Part shown: positions 8,383 through 18,539 of the stretch, in pieces
Position numbering within the stretch: position 1 is the stretch's first letter
Layout: the number at the start of each line of letters is the position of its first letter
Origin: Dickeya dadantii NCPPB 898
GTDB lineage: Bacteria > Pseudomonadota > Gammaproteobacteria > Enterobacterales > Enterobacteriaceae
Reading direction: 5' to 3'
Assembly (NCBI RefSeq): GCF_000406145.1
Contig: NZ_CM001976.1
Location: 1,297,263-1,329,262 of the forward strand
DNA: 32,000 nt
Notes under the pieces: generated by a model
What the model saw: only the letters and a program-made list of their open reading frames with translations
What the model was told of the DNA's origin: nothing
Database searches by the model: none
Program-made: the position numbers and the translations under genes

Positions 8383-8456
8383 TCTTTGCCCGTCGGCGAG
8401 CAGCCATTGAGGGACAAAATACGGAAATAATGTAAATAAAATGTAATTTAATGACG

Positions 8457-9194
8457 TCAGGCCTTGTCAGCCGTGCTCAGCGGGTGTGGCACCCCTTGTT
8501 GCGACCAGTTCCACTCCAGCCACTCTTGCTGCTGGTAATCCAACAGATCCATAAACGCTTTCACCATTACTGGCGCGGTTTCGGCTACCGTTGTGCCAGG
8601 AGCCTGTTCGCTGAGCTGAGTCATCGCCATACCGGCATAGCCGCAAGGGTTGATACGCAGAAAAGGGGACAGATCCATGGCAATGTTTAGCGCCAGCCCG
8701 TGAAATGAGCAGCCATGACGGATGCGCAGACCCAGTGAGCAGATTTTCCGTTCGCCGACGTAAACGCCAGGAGCGTCGGGGCGGGCATGAGCGTCAACGG
8801 CATAATGCGCCAGCGTATTGACGACGGTATTTTCGATAGCGGTCACCAACTGACGTACGCCAACTTTGCGACGCTTGATATCGATCAGCACATACATCAC
8901 CTGCTGGCCGGGGCCATGATAGGTCACCTGACCGCCGCGATCGCTCTGAATTACCGGGATGTCACCGGGCATCAGGACATGTTCGGCTTTGCCTGCCTGA
9001 CCCTGGGTGAAGACCGGCGGGTGCTGCACCAGCCACAATTCGTCGAAACTGTGGCCGTCCCGCTGTTCGGTGAAGGTGTGCATAGCCTGCGACACCGGCT
9101 CGTAAGGCTGCACGCCCAACTGGCGTACTATGATCGTGTCACGTACTCTGATCGTATCACGAACTATGATCGTATCCTGTTGCAAGAGTGTCAT
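8457..9194 (-). CDS. lipB: octanoyl-[ACP]:protein octanoyltransferase LipB
   Basis: [55 protein letters not shown] matches E. coli LipB. The start is uncertain. Candidates are ATG at 9194, TTG at 9185 (giving QQDTIIVR against E. coli M-YQDKILVR) and the track's TTG at 9221. Confidence 0.9.
   Translation of the reverse strand: MTLLQQDTIIVRDTIRVRDTIIVRQLGVQPYEPVSQAMHTFTEQRDGHSFDELWLVQHPPVFTQGQAGKAEHVLMPGDIPVIQSDRGGQVTYHGPGQQVMYVLIDIKRRKVGVRQLVTAIENTVVNTLAHYAVDAHARPDAPGVYVGERKICSLGLRIRHGCSFHGLALNIAMDLSPFLRINPCGYAGMAMTQLSEQAPGTTVAETAPVMVKAFMDLLDYQQQEWLEWNWSQQGVPHPLSTADKA
9123..9176 (-). repeat. in-frame 18-bp tandem repeat x3 in the lipB 5' coding region ([18 protein letters not shown])
   Basis: The minus-strand units are gatacgatcatagttcgt / gatacgatcagagtacgt / gacacgatcatagtacgc. 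Neighbouring units differ at 2-3 positions. Confidence 0.9.
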
Positions 9195-9304
9195 CGTCGG
9201 GTGAAGAAGGAATGAGCGCAATTATAGCGGGGTGATGCTACAGCGAATAGCGGTTTCCTCGCTTGTCTCCGCATTAGGGAGACAAGGTCAGAGAGCGGCG
9301 GGCG

Positions 9305-9568
9305 TTACAACACCACACGCACAATATCGATGTTACCCAGTTCTTCGTACAGCGTTTCCACCTGTTCGATATGGGTGGCGATAATGGTAATCGATACCGA
9401 ATGGTAGTTGCCTTTGGTACTGGGCTTGATTTGCGGGTTATAGTCGCCGGGAGCATGGCGCTGAACCACTTCCACAACCCGATCCACCAGCTCCGGTTTT
9501 GCCAACCCCATGACTTTGTAGGTAAATGAGCAGGGGAATTCAAGCAATTCGTTGAGTTTGGTTTTCAT
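9305..9568 (-). CDS. ybeD: UPF0250 protein YbeD
   Basis: The start was re-picked at [21 protein letters not shown], giving 87 aa. It is nearly identical in pattern to recalled E. coli YbeD. Confidence 0.9.
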   Translation of the reverse strand: MKTKLNELLEFPCSFTYKVMGLAKPELVDRVVEVVQRHAPGDYNPQIKPSTKGNYHSVSITIIATHIEQVETLYEELGNIDIVRVVL

Positions 9569-9593
9569 GGCGACTCCAGAGTCATTCATTAGT

Positions 9594-9625
9594 ACAAAAT
9601 TATCACTCCCGCCGTAGCGGGAGTG
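9594..9625 (-). terminator. rho-independent terminator downstream of dacA
   Basis: The minus strand reads CACTCCCGC-TACG-GCGGGAGTG followed by ATAATTTTGT. Confidence 0.7.
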
Positions 9626-9701
9626 TTAAGTATGACCGAAATCCTGTCGTTCGATCCTTAAGTGAGCAACATGAGGGCTATTGCTCAGGATTCAAGGGGG
9701 A

Positions 9702-10913
9702 TCAACTGAACCAGCGGTGGAACATCAGTTTGATGTAGTCGAACAGACGTCCGAAAATACCGCCTTCTTTGACTTCGTTCATTACTACCAGCGGGCGCTG
9801 ATCGATCACTTTGCCATCCAACTGGAAGTTGATGCTGCCCACCACCTGATTTTTGGCCAGCGGCGCATGCAGTTCCGTATTGGTCAGCACATAGCTGGCT
9901 TTCAGGTCTTTCATGCGGCCACGCGGGATGGTGATGTAGACATCTTTATCCACGCCCAGCGATACCCGGTCGTTGTCGCCGAACCACACCGGCTCGGATG
10001 CGAATTCTTTACCGGTTTTCAACGGCGCTACCGTTTCAAAGAAGCGGAAGCCCCAGGTCAGCAGTTTCTTGCTTTCGGTTTCACGGCCTTTGAAGGTGCG
10101 CCCGCCCATTACGGCGGAGATCAGGCGCATCTGACCTTCGGTGGCGGAGGCCACCAAATTATAGCCGGCAGACGCGGTGTGGCCGGTTTTGATGCCGTCA
10201 ACGGCCAGGCTGCTATCCCACAACAGGCCGTTGCGGTTCATCTGGCGAATATTGTTGAAGGTAAATTCTTTTTCTTTGTAGGTCGCGTACTCGTCCGGTA
10301 CGTCGCGAATCAGCGCCTGACCAATCAGCGCCATATCGCGGGCTGAACTGTATTGCCCGTCAGCATCCAGACCGTGAACCGTTTTGAAGTTGGTGTTCTG
10401 TAATCCCAACGCTTTAACGTAACCATTCATCAGGTTGACGAACGAATCCTGACTTCCTGCTACGTAGTCAGCCATCGCTACGCAGGCATCGTTACCGGAC
10501 TGCAGAATAATCCCTTTATTCAGCAGATAAACCGGCACGCGATCGCCCGGTTTGAGGAACATCAGCGAAGAACCCTGAAAATCGGGGTTGCCGGTAGCCC
10601 AGGCATCTTTGCCGATAGTCACGACATCGTTCGGGCTGATTTTCCCGGATTTAATCGCCTGACCGATGACGTAACTGGTCATCATCTTGGTCAGACTGGC
10701 TGGGTTGCGACGGGCGTCGGCGTTCTTTTCCGCCAGTACTTTACCCGAGTTGTAATCAATCAGGATGTACGCTTCGGCATCAATATCCGGGACGGCAGGA
10801 ATCATGGTTTTCAGATTAATGTCGTCTGCGTAGGCGAAAGTGGATGCACTGATGGCGAGCAACGTGCCGAGCGCAATACGTTTGGTAAAACAAGACGTGA
10901 TTACTGTTTTCAT
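9702..10913 (-). CDS. dacA: D-alanyl-D-alanine carboxypeptidase DacA (PBP5)
   Basis: 403 aa with a signal peptide ending AYA-DD. The SLTK, SGN and KTGHT penicillin-binding motifs are present, as is a C-terminal amphipathic anchor. Confidence 0.95.
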   Translation of the reverse strand: MKTVITSCFTKRIALGTLLAISASTFAYADDINLKTMIPAVPDIDAEAYILIDYNSGKVLAEKNADARRNPASLTKMMTSYVIGQAIKSGKISPNDVVTIGKDAWATGNPDFQGSSLMFLKPGDRVPVYLLNKGIILQSGNDACVAMADYVAGSQDSFVNLMNGYVKALGLQNTNFKTVHGLDADGQYSSARDMALIGQALIRDVPDEYATYKEKEFTFNNIRQMNRNGLLWDSSLAVDGIKTGHTASAGYNLVASATEGQMRLISAVMGGRTFKGRETESKKLLTWGFRFFETVAPLKTGKEFASEPVWFGDNDRVSLGVDKDVYITIPRGRMKDLKASYVLTNTELHAPLAKNQVVGSINFQLDGKVIDQRPLVVMNEVKEGGIFGRLFDYIKLMFHRWFS

Positions 10914-11044
10914 GATTGGAACAACAACATCCGTGGGTATAAGTTAAAAAACGAGCCACACTATAACAGATGAAAATCGGGGCGGCACCAGACAATACGT
11001 TACGCGATTTTGCCGATCGCCGGGGCGGTATCGTTATCGCTCGT

Positions 11045-11078
11045 ACAAATAAGGAAAGAGGGAATTTATCCCTCTTTC
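11045..11078 (-). terminator. hairpin terminator downstream of rlpA
   Basis: The minus strand reads GAAAGAGGGA-TAAAT-TCCCTCTTTC followed by CTTATTTG. Confidence 0.6.
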
Positions 11079-11091
11079 GAGAGCGAATACG

Positions 11092-12255
11092 TTACTGCGC
11101 GCCGGACACCGTGGTGATAAATGACGGCTGTTGCGCTTCGCTGGAAAGGCGTTGTTGCAGGTCGGCAGCTTGCTGACGGCTCTGGAACGGCCCCAACTGG
11201 ATGCGATATAAACCGTTATTCAGGGTGACTTTGCCAGGCACGCGGAAGCGCTCGTTCAGGCTTTTCAGCCAGGTTTGTGCTCGCTGCTGATCGCTCAGCG
11301 CGCCGACCTGCACCACGATGTTGCCGGAACCGGCAGGCACAGCCGGTTGCGACAGCGTGCGCGATGGCTGTACGGCGCCTGGCGCAGCCGCGACCGCAGG
11401 TGCAATCGCGGTGGCTCTGACTGGCGCAGCGGCAGGCGTTGGTTCCGAGCCTTCCAGCACTCCGCTGGGCAGTGGCTTGGGCGCGCCGAGGAAGCTGCCT
11501 CCGCTCGGGGTGCCGGCATTGCCGACAGATGGGTTGCCGCTAACGATATTGCCGGCACCATCACCTGCCGTCGGCGTCAACGTGGCATTGCTGATCGGCC
11601 GCACCGCGGCGGCAGTCGCCGGTGCGCTTTCCATCACCGGCGTTCCCAGCCCGCTGGAGCCCAGCGTCGGGCGCGACGGCAGGGCAAAGCTCTGTTTGGC
11701 GACACGGGTGCCGATGGTGCCGGGGCCGGAGAGCGAGCCATCCGGCGCCACGCTGATAAAGTCCACCTTCACCTTGGTATTGTTGGACAGATTAAGGCGG
11801 TCTGCCGCGCCTTTGGTCAGATCGATGATTCTGCCCGGCGTATAAGGCCCGCGATCGTTGACGCGCACCACCAGACGGCGACCGTTGCTGAGGTTGGTGA
11901 CCCGCACATAGCTGGGAATCGGCAGCGCGGGGTGGGCGGCGGCCATGGCGTTGACGTCGAATTCTTCACCCGTCGCCGTGCGGTTACCGACCGATTCCCG
12001 ATCGTGCCAGGCGGCAAACCCGCTTTCACTGAAATTCTCCGGGTTTTTGACAATACGGTAGGTTTTGCCGTTCATGCTGTAATCCTGCATGTTGGCGGGT
12101 TTGTACGGTTCGTAGCGCGGTTCCGCGCCGCCGATTTCTTCCACCGGGCCATTGTATGCCGTGGCCTGCGGTGAGGGCGACTGAGGCTGTTCCGTAACCG
12201 CGCAGCCTGCCAGCGCCAGGCCGATCGCGCCAATCCAAACCCAATCCTTACGCAT
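11092..12255 (-). CDS. rlpA: endolytic peptidoglycan transglycosylase / septal lipoprotein RlpA
   Basis: 387 aa. It has the lipobox LALAGC, a DPBB domain (ASWYG-like region, VRVTNLSNGRRLVVRVNDRGPY), a long Pro/Ala/Gly-rich linker and a C-terminal SPOR domain (VVQVGALSD...YRIQLGPF). Confidence 0.9.
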   Translation of the reverse strand: MRKDWVWIGAIGLALAGCAVTEQPQSPSPQATAYNGPVEEIGGAEPRYEPYKPANMQDYSMNGKTYRIVKNPENFSESGFAAWHDRESVGNRTATGEEFDVNAMAAAHPALPIPSYVRVTNLSNGRRLVVRVNDRGPYTPGRIIDLTKGAADRLNLSNNTKVKVDFISVAPDGSLSGPGTIGTRVAKQSFALPSRPTLGSSGLGTPVMESAPATAAAVRPISNATLTPTAGDGAGNIVSGNPSVGNAGTPSGGSFLGAPKPLPSGVLEGSEPTPAAAPVRATAIAPAVAAAPGAVQPSRTLSQPAVPAGSGNIVVQVGALSDQQRAQTWLKSLNERFRVPGKVTLNNGLYRIQLGPFQSRQQAADLQQRLSSEAQQPSFITTVSGAQ

Positions 12256-12264
12256 TGCCTACCC

Positions 12265-13377
12265 CTATAAATTCTTGGATAACATTTTGCGGTGAGTGTG
12301 TATCGACATGACGATACCGAATCCCGCCATCAAGACGACCAGCGCCGAGCCGCCATAGCTGACCAACGGCAGCGGCACCCCGACCACCGGCAGGATACCA
12401 CTCACCATGCCGATGTTAACAAACACATACACGAAAAAGATTAGCATCAAGCCGCCGACCATCACCCGACCGAACGAGGTTTGCGCATTGGCGGCGATCA
12501 CCAGGCCGCGCATGATCAGGAACAGGTATAGCGCCAGCAGGATCAGCACGCCGATCAGCCCCAGTTCTTCAGCCAGCACCGCGAAGATAAAGTCGGTATG
12601 GCGTTCCGGCAGGAACTCCAATTGAGACTGCGTGCCCTGTAACCAGCCTTTGCCAGTCAGGCCGCCGGAGCCGATGGCGATTTTCGACTGGATAATATGA
12701 TAACCGGCGCCGAGCGGATCGGTTTCCGGGTCGAGCAGCATCATTACCCTGTCGCGCTGGTAGTCATGCATCAGGAAGAACCACAAGACGGGAATGAACG
12801 CCGCTAGCAGAATGGCGGCAATGGCGATCAGCCGCCAGCTCATACCGGCGAGGAACAGCACGAACAGGCCGGAAGCGCAAATCAGGATGGCGGTGCCAAG
12901 GTCCGGCTGAGCAGCCACCAGTAGGGTGGGGGCGAACGTCAGCACCAGCGCGATGCCGGTGTTTTTCAGCGATGGCGGGCACATATCGCGGTTGATATAG
13001 CGGGCCACCATCAGCGGCACCGCGATTTTGGCGATTTCCGACGGCTGGAAGCGCACCACGCCCAAATCGAGCCAGCGCTGCGCGCCTTTACTGATCTGGC
13101 CGAATACATCCACCATGACCAGCAGGATAAAACAGAAAATGTACAGATACGGCGCCCAGCCTTCATAGACCCGCGGCGGGATTTGCGCCATGCCGATCAT
13201 GACGATCAATCCCAGCACGCATTGAGCGATTTTGCGCTCCATCATGCCCGTGTCCTGTCCGCTGGCGCTCCACATGACGAACATGCTATAGCCCAGTAAC
13301 GCCATTACACACAGAAGGAAAGGCAGATCAATGTGCATCTTGGTCCAGATTGAGCCTTTTTGTTGACTGTCTGTCAT
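12265..13377 (-). CDS. mrdB: SEDS peptidoglycan glycosyltransferase RodA (MrdB)
   Basis: The start was re-picked at [11 protein letters not shown], giving 370 aa, the E. coli length. It is collinear with recalled E. coli RodA ([32 protein letters not shown]). Confidence 0.95.
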   Translation of the reverse strand: MTDSQQKGSIWTKMHIDLPFLLCVMALLGYSMFVMWSASGQDTGMMERKIAQCVLGLIVMIGMAQIPPRVYEGWAPYLYIFCFILLVMVDVFGQISKGAQRWLDLGVVRFQPSEIAKIAVPLMVARYINRDMCPPSLKNTGIALVLTFAPTLLVAAQPDLGTAILICASGLFVLFLAGMSWRLIAIAAILLAAFIPVLWFFLMHDYQRDRVMMLLDPETDPLGAGYHIIQSKIAIGSGGLTGKGWLQGTQSQLEFLPERHTDFIFAVLAEELGLIGVLILLALYLFLIMRGLVIAANAQTSFGRVMVGGLMLIFFVYVFVNIGMVSGILPVVGVPLPLVSYGGSALVVLMAGFGIVMSIHTHRKMLSKNL

Positions 13378-13384
13378 GGTGCCT

Positions 13385-15295
13385 CTACTCGGTTTCACTG
13401 CCCGGCGGCGACGGCGGCGCGTCCGGCAGGTTGGTATTATTGTCGCCCAGTATGATGTGGTCGAGTATCTGCCGCACAATGCTCCCGACGGCCGGCCCGG
13501 CGCCGCCGTTTTCCAGAATGATGGACATGGCGACTTTCGGGTTGTTATAAGGCGCGAAGGCGGTCATCAGTTTGTGGTCGCGCAGCCGTTCGGCAATCCG
13601 GTTGGCGTTATAGGTTTCGTTTTCCTTCAGGCCGAATACCTGTGCCGTCCCTGACTTGGCCGCAATCTTATACGGCGCGTCGGCAAAGAATTTGTGGGCG
13701 GTACCGTTCTGGCGGTTGGCGACGCCGTACATACCGTCTTTGACGATCCCCCAGTAACCGGAGCGAATATCGCCGATCTGCTGGTGTTCCTGCTGGCGGT
13801 ACGGCACCTGAGTATTGTTTTCCTGCGTACTGCTCAGCAGGTGAGGTGCTTTTACCTGACCATCGTTGATCAAGGTGGTCAGCGCTTTCAGCATCTGAAT
13901 CGGCGTGGCGGTCCAGTAACCCTGACCGATGCCGACAGGAATGGTATCCCCCTGATACCACGGCTTTTTATAGCGCTTCATTTTCCATTCCCGCGTCGGC
14001 ATGATGCCCGGACTCTCTTCCTTGTCGGACAAATCGATGCCTGTCCGGTGCCCGTAACCGAACTTACCCATCCACTCAGACAGGCGGTCAATCCCCATAT
14101 CATAGGCGACCTGATAGAAGAAGGTATCCGCGGATTCTTCCAGCGATTTGGTTAGATTCAGGCGGCCATGTCCCCATTTTTTCCAGTCGCGAAAGCGTTT
14201 CTCCGAACCGGGCAACTGCCACCAGCCAGGGTCGAACAGCGAGGTATAAGGAGTAATGACATTGGCACTCAGCGCGGAAACCGCAATATAAGGTTTGACG
14301 GTGGACGCAGGCGGGTAAACCCCTTGCGTCGCGCGGTTGATTAACGGCCGATTGGGGTCATTCAGCAAAGCGTGGTACGTCTTACTGGAAATGCCGTCCA
14401 CAAACAGGTTCGGGTCGTAGCTGGGGGTGGAAACCATCGCCAGAATGGAGGCGTCTTTCGGGTCGGTCACCACCACGGCGGCGCGGCTGCCGGCCAGCAG
14501 TTTTTCGATATAGAGCTGGAGGTTGAGGTCCAGCGTCAGATAGATATCTTTGCCGGCTTGCGGCGGTTGTTCATGCAATTGGCGAATCACGCGCCCGCGG
14601 TTATTGACTTCCACTTCCTCGTAGCCCGGTTTGCCGTGCAGCACATCTTCGTAATAGCGCTCAATGCCGAGCTTGCCGATATCGTGGGTTGCCGCGTAGT
14701 CCGGCAGCTTGCCTTCCTGGTCCAGTCTTTCCAGATCTTTGTCGTTGATTTTGGAGACATAGCCAATGACGTGGGTCAGCGCGGCGCCATACGGATAGTA
14801 ACGGCGCTGGTAGCCTTTGACTTCCACGCCGGGAAAACGGTACTGATTGACGGCGAAGCTGGCTACCTGTACTTCGTTCAAGCCGGTTTTGACCGGGATG
14901 GACGTGAAGCGACGCGAGCGCTTACGCTCTTTTCTGAAGTTATCAATGTCTTCATCGGTCAGGTCAATGATCGATTTGAGAGCCTGCAGCGTCTCTTCCA
15001 GATTGTTGACCTTTTCGGGAATCAGTTCCAACTGGTAAATCGTGCGGTTGAGCGCCAGCGGGGTGCCGTTGCGGTCATAAATGATGCCGCGGCTCGGGGC
15101 AATCGGCACCAGTTTGATGCGGTTTTCATTCGAACGGGTACGATAATCGTCAAAACGTGAAACCTGCAGGTGGTATAGATTGGCCACCAGAATACCGCTC
15201 AGCAGCAAAATGCCCAGGAACGCGACCAGCGCCCGGCGTACGAACAGGGCTGCCTCAGCCGTATAGTCACGAAAGGGTTTACGTTCTATATTCAT
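13385..15295 (-). CDS. mrdA: penicillin-binding protein 2 (elongasome transpeptidase MrdA)
   Basis: 636 aa. The STVK, SAD and KSGTA motifs are present, and it is collinear with recalled E. coli PBP2. Confidence 0.95.
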   Translation of the reverse strand: MNIERKPFRDYTAEAALFVRRALVAFLGILLLSGILVANLYHLQVSRFDDYRTRSNENRIKLVPIAPSRGIIYDRNGTPLALNRTIYQLELIPEKVNNLEETLQALKSIIDLTDEDIDNFRKERKRSRRFTSIPVKTGLNEVQVASFAVNQYRFPGVEVKGYQRRYYPYGAALTHVIGYVSKINDKDLERLDQEGKLPDYAATHDIGKLGIERYYEDVLHGKPGYEEVEVNNRGRVIRQLHEQPPQAGKDIYLTLDLNLQLYIEKLLAGSRAAVVVTDPKDASILAMVSTPSYDPNLFVDGISSKTYHALLNDPNRPLINRATQGVYPPASTVKPYIAVSALSANVITPYTSLFDPGWWQLPGSEKRFRDWKKWGHGRLNLTKSLEESADTFFYQVAYDMGIDRLSEWMGKFGYGHRTGIDLSDKEESPGIMPTREWKMKRYKKPWYQGDTIPVGIGQGYWTATPIQMLKALTTLINDGQVKAPHLLSSTQENNTQVPYRQQEHQQIGDIRSGYWGIVKDGMYGVANRQNGTAHKFFADAPYKIAAKSGTAQVFGLKENETYNANRIAERLRDHKLMTAFAPYNNPKVAMSIILENGGAGPAVGSIVRQILDHIILGDNNTNLPDAPPSPPGSETE

Positions 15296-15331
15296 CCAGC
15301 GATTGCTACTTCACAGGGTTCATCGTTCGCC

Positions 15332-15802
15332 TTACTCCCGATGGTAAGGATGATTGGTGGTAATACTCCAGGCACGGTACAGACTCTCCGCCACCAGCAC
15401 GCGCACCAGCGGGTGCGGCAGCGTCAGCGGCGACAGCGACCAGCTTTGCTCCGCCGCGGCTTTGCATTGCGGCGCCAGCCCTTCCGGGCCGCCAATCAGC
15501 AGGCTGATATCGCGTCCGTCCTGTTTCCAGCGTTCCAGTTGCTGCGCCAGCTGCGGCGTTTCCCAACGCGAACCGGGAATATCCAGCGTCACGATCCGGT
15601 TGCCTTTGCCTACGGCGGCCAGCATCAGTTCGCCTTCTCGTTCCAAAATCCGTTTGATATCGGCGTTCTTGCCGCGCTTACCCGCCGGAATTTCCACCAG
15701 TTCAAACGGCATATCTTTGGGGAAACGGCGAAGGTAGTCGGTAAAGCCGGTCTGCACCCAGTCGGGCATTTTGGTGCCAACGGCGACCAGTTGCAGCTTC
15801 AT
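15332..15802 (-). CDS. rlmH: 23S rRNA (pseudouridine1915-N3)-methyltransferase RlmH
   Basis: 156 aa SPOUT-family protein ([16 protein letters not shown]..., C-terminal HPYHRE). The position between rsfS and mrdA is conserved. Confidence 0.92.
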   Translation of the reverse strand: MKLQLVAVGTKMPDWVQTGFTDYLRRFPKDMPFELVEIPAGKRGKNADIKRILEREGELMLAAVGKGNRIVTLDIPGSRWETPQLAQQLERWKQDGRDISLLIGGPEGLAPQCKAAAEQSWSLSPLTLPHPLVRVLVAESLYRAWSITTNHPYHRE

Positions 15803-15803
15803 A

Positions 15804-16121
15804 TCAGCCCCAGAGTTTTTCCAGTTCGTACAGGTGACGGCTCTCTTCCTGCATCACATGGACGATCACGTCGCCGAGATCGACCACGACCCAGTCGGCG
15901 TCGTTTTCCCCTTCAACGCCCAACGGCATCAGCCCGGCGGCGCGGGATTCCTGCACAACGTGATCGGCGATGGAGGTGACATGACGGCTGGATGTGCCGG
16001 TACAAATAATCATGCAGTCAGTGATACTGGATTTCCCTTTTACATTGAGGGCAACGATATCCTGACCTTTCAAATCGTCAAGTTTATCAATAACGAAATC
16101 TTGGAGTGCTTGGCCTTGCAA
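15804..16121 (-). CDS. rsfS: ribosomal silencing factor RsfS (YbeB)
   Basis: A TTG start at 16121 with a GGGGGA SD 4 nt upstream gives 105 aa, (M)[21 protein letters not shown]..., collinear with E. coli RsfS. The track start at 16196 has no orthologue support. Confidence 0.9.
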   Translation of the reverse strand: MQGQALQDFVIDKLDDLKGQDIVALNVKGKSSITDCMIICTGTSSRHVTSIADHVVQESRAAGLMPLGVEGENDADWVVVDLGDVIVHVMQEESRHLYELEKLWG

Positions 16122-16278
16122 AGGTTCCCCCTTTGATGAATGGTTAATCTGTCGGTTATGTGGGCTGGGCTGGCGTCGGTGAATTCGCCGTTTCACCGTG
16201 ACGGCAAGTGGTTTTCCCGTAGCCGAAACCAGCGGCGGAGTATATCACGGCCTTATAATGAGTGGTATCAACGCATGA

Positions 16279-16938
16279 CTATCGATAGAGTCCGTGTGTG
16301 TCAATATACTTCAGCACACTTTCGGGCAGCAGATCGTGACAATCGAGGCCTTGTTGCCGGCGATGGCGGATATCGGTGGCGGAAATCGGCAGCAGAGGGG
16401 TATGGGCGAGGTAAATCAGCCCGTGACAGCGGCGGTGCAACGTGGCGACATCGTGGGTCTGGTGCGCCGTCAGCCAGGCTTCCAGCTCGGCGGTATCCAA
16501 CTGCTGATGGTAACCGGGGCGAGCGCAGACCAGCAGATGGCAGTAATCCAGAATTTCCTGCCAGCGATGCCAGCGATGCAGCGTCAACAGCGAGTCTTGC
16601 CCGATAATGAACGCCAGCGGCGCGTCGGCGCCTTTCTCGGCACGTAGCGCTTCCAGCGTTTCAATGGTGTAGGACGGCGTGGCGCGCTGCAGCTCACGAT
16701 CGTCGATGTGAAACAGCGGATTGTCGCGTACCGCCAGCTCAACCATGGTCTTGCGCTGGCTGGCGCTGGCTTCCGGCTGCTCACGGTGCGGCGGGACGTT
16801 GTTGGGCAGCAGAATGACCCGTTGCAGCCCGATGTCCTGCGCCAGCGCGGCGACCGGGCGCAAATGCCCGTAGTGAATCGGGTCAAAGGTGCCGCCAAAG
16901 TAGGCGGTCAGGGGCTGGGTGACCGGGGGTGTCGACAA
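16279..16938 (-). CDS. nadD: nicotinate-nucleotide adenylyltransferase NadD
   Basis: The [11 protein letters not shown] and ISATDIR motifs are present. The start is uncertain. TTG at 16938 has a GAGG SD 9 nt upstream and lies 4 nt after the holA stop. TTG at 16953 is the track start and would overlap holA. Confidence 0.9.
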   Translation of the reverse strand: MSTPPVTQPLTAYFGGTFDPIHYGHLRPVAALAQDIGLQRVILLPNNVPPHREQPEASASQRKTMVELAVRDNPLFHIDDRELQRATPSYTIETLEALRAEKGADAPLAFIIGQDSLLTLHRWHRWQEILDYCHLLVCARPGYHQQLDTAELEAWLTAHQTHDVATLHRRCHGLIYLAHTPLLPISATDIRHRRQQGLDCHDLLPESVLKYIDTHGLYR

Positions 16939-16942
16939 ATCG

Positions 16943-17974
16943 CTATACCTCAAGCAGGCCGTCAGGCAGCGCTTTACCGCACAGAATCATCGACAGCGTT
17001 TCCAGTTCGGCCCAGACCGGTTGTCCGTAATTCTGTTTCAGGGTGATCTCCAACCGGCTCAGCAGGGTAATAGCCTGCTGCAACTGCGTCAGCGACAGGC
17101 GTTGCAACGCCTGCGTCAACAGCGGGCGCCGGTTTTGCCACACTTTGTGCTGGTCAAGCAGGGTGCGCAGCGGCGTGGTCGCCATACGTCGTTTTAACTG
17201 TAGCAGCAGCAGCAATTCCCGCTGTACGGTGCGCAGCAGGATGACCGGCTCGCACTCTTCCAGCCGCAACTGCTGCAAAATGTGCCACGCGCGTTTGCTT
17301 TTGCCGCCCAGCAGCGCATCCAGCCAGTGGAACGGCGTGAAATGCGCGGCATCGTTGACCGCCTGCTCGACCCGCGGCAGCGTCAGCTTGCCGTCCGGAT
17401 ACAGCAGCGACAGCCGTTCCAGCGCTTGCACCAACGCCAGCAGATTCCCTTCATAGCAATAGCAAATCAACTGGCTGGCGGCGTCATCCAGTTCCAGCTT
17501 CATGTTTTTAGCCCGGTGCGCTACCCAGCGGGGGAGTTGTTCCTGTTCGGGCGTCATGCAGGGAACGTACACGCCCTGTTGCGACAACGCTTTGAACCAG
17601 GCGCTGTTTTCCTGCGCTTTGGTGAGTTTGTTGCCCCTGACCATCAACAAAATGTCGGGATGCAGCAAGGTGGAGAGTTTGACCAGTTGCTCGCCGCCGG
17701 GGGCGCCGGGACCGGCGTCCGGCAGAATCAGCAGCAGGGTTTGACGGGAGGCGAACAGGCTGAGCGCCTGACAGGTGGAAAAAATGGTGTCCCAGTCGGT
17801 GTTGTTATCCAGCGTGAAACTGAAATGTTCCAGAAAATCCTGCTGACGGGCGATAGTGCGGATCTGATCCTGACTCTCCTGCAGCAATAAGGGTTCATTG
17901 CCGAACAGCAGATAACAGCCGCGCAGCCCCTCATGGAGCTGCGCGGTCAGTTGTTCCGGATAGATCCGAATCAT
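16943..17974 (-). CDS. holA: DNA polymerase III delta subunit HolA
   Basis: 343 aa. [13 protein letters not shown]...[14 protein letters not shown] parallels E. coli HolA. Its ATG overlaps the lptE stop as ATGA. Confidence 0.9.
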   Translation of the reverse strand: MIRIYPEQLTAQLHEGLRGCYLLFGNEPLLLQESQDQIRTIARQQDFLEHFSFTLDNNTDWDTIFSTCQALSLFASRQTLLLILPDAGPGAPGGEQLVKLSTLLHPDILLMVRGNKLTKAQENSAWFKALSQQGVYVPCMTPEQEQLPRWVAHRAKNMKLELDDAASQLICYCYEGNLLALVQALERLSLLYPDGKLTLPRVEQAVNDAAHFTPFHWLDALLGGKSKRAWHILQQLRLEECEPVILLRTVQRELLLLLQLKRRMATTPLRTLLDQHKVWQNRRPLLTQALQRLSLTQLQQAITLLSRLEITLKQNYGQPVWAELETLSMILCGKALPDGLLEV

Positions 17975-18525
17975 GGGCGTGCCGGTGCGGATGTAGCGGC
18001 CTGCGCCTTCTGCTTGATTTTCGCGTTCTGACTTCCTTTGATCGTCAGTAGTTTTCGTACCAACTGCTGGGCTGCCTGGTCACGCATTTCACGCAACACG
18101 AGATCCTGCTCGGCGTCTTTAGCCAGAGCGGCAAGCGGGTTATCGAAGAAGGAGCGGAAAATCGTCACGCTGAGCGGATAAATGTCATCACCCGGAATCA
18201 GCACCTGCGCCTTCACTTCCAGTACCAACTGGTATTCGGCTGTTTTCCCATCCTGGAAAATCGATACGGTGTTGCGGACCAGATGGTCTCCCATAAAGCG
18301 GAAGGACGGCAGATCCTTCCGTTCGGTGTTTTCCATGATGTTGACGTTATTGAGACGCAACTGTTCACGGATGGCTCGCGTCATCGGGCCGTAGGGGTCG
18401 CCGCTGTCCAGAATCAGATTATGCAGTTGCTCCGGCATCTGAGTGGTGCCGCGCAGATGAAAGCCGCAGCCGGCGGTCATCAAGACCACCAGCCCCAGCA
18501 CCAGCGTTAAAAACGGGTGTCGCAC
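17971..18525 (-). CDS. lptE: LPS-assembly lipoprotein LptE (RlpB)
   Basis: 184 aa with the lipobox LMTAGC followed by GFHLRG. It sits between leuS and holA. Confidence 0.9.
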   Translation of the reverse strand: MRHPFLTLVLGLVVLMTAGCGFHLRGTTQMPEQLHNLILDSGDPYGPMTRAIREQLRLNNVNIMENTERKDLPSFRFMGDHLVRNTVSIFQDGKTAEYQLVLEVKAQVLIPGDDIYPLSVTIFRSFFDNPLAALAKDAEQDLVLREMRDQAAQQLVRKLLTIKGSQNAKIKQKAQAATSAPARP

Positions 18526-18539
18526 AGTACCTCCTTGCC

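Noticed and set aside
11275-12174. 299-aa plus-strand ORF and several nested ORFs (11295-11564, 11318-11845, 11817-12053, 12026-12244)
   Set aside because: All overlap rlpA, whose lipobox, DPBB and SPOR domains are clear. The GC-rich Pro/Ala/Gly linker of RlpA suppresses stop codons in other frames. I also considered the linker as a DNA repeat, but it is only low-complexity coding sequence.
13378-13479. Upstream extensions of mrdB (to 13479), and likewise lnt (to 27163), dapE (to 3866), corC (to 27932), ybeD (to 9589), the M15 peptidase (to 2742) and cspE (from 5052)
   Set aside because: The extensions overlap the preceding gene or an intergenic leader and have no homology to orthologue N-termini. 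Internal starts reproduce the known protein lengths.
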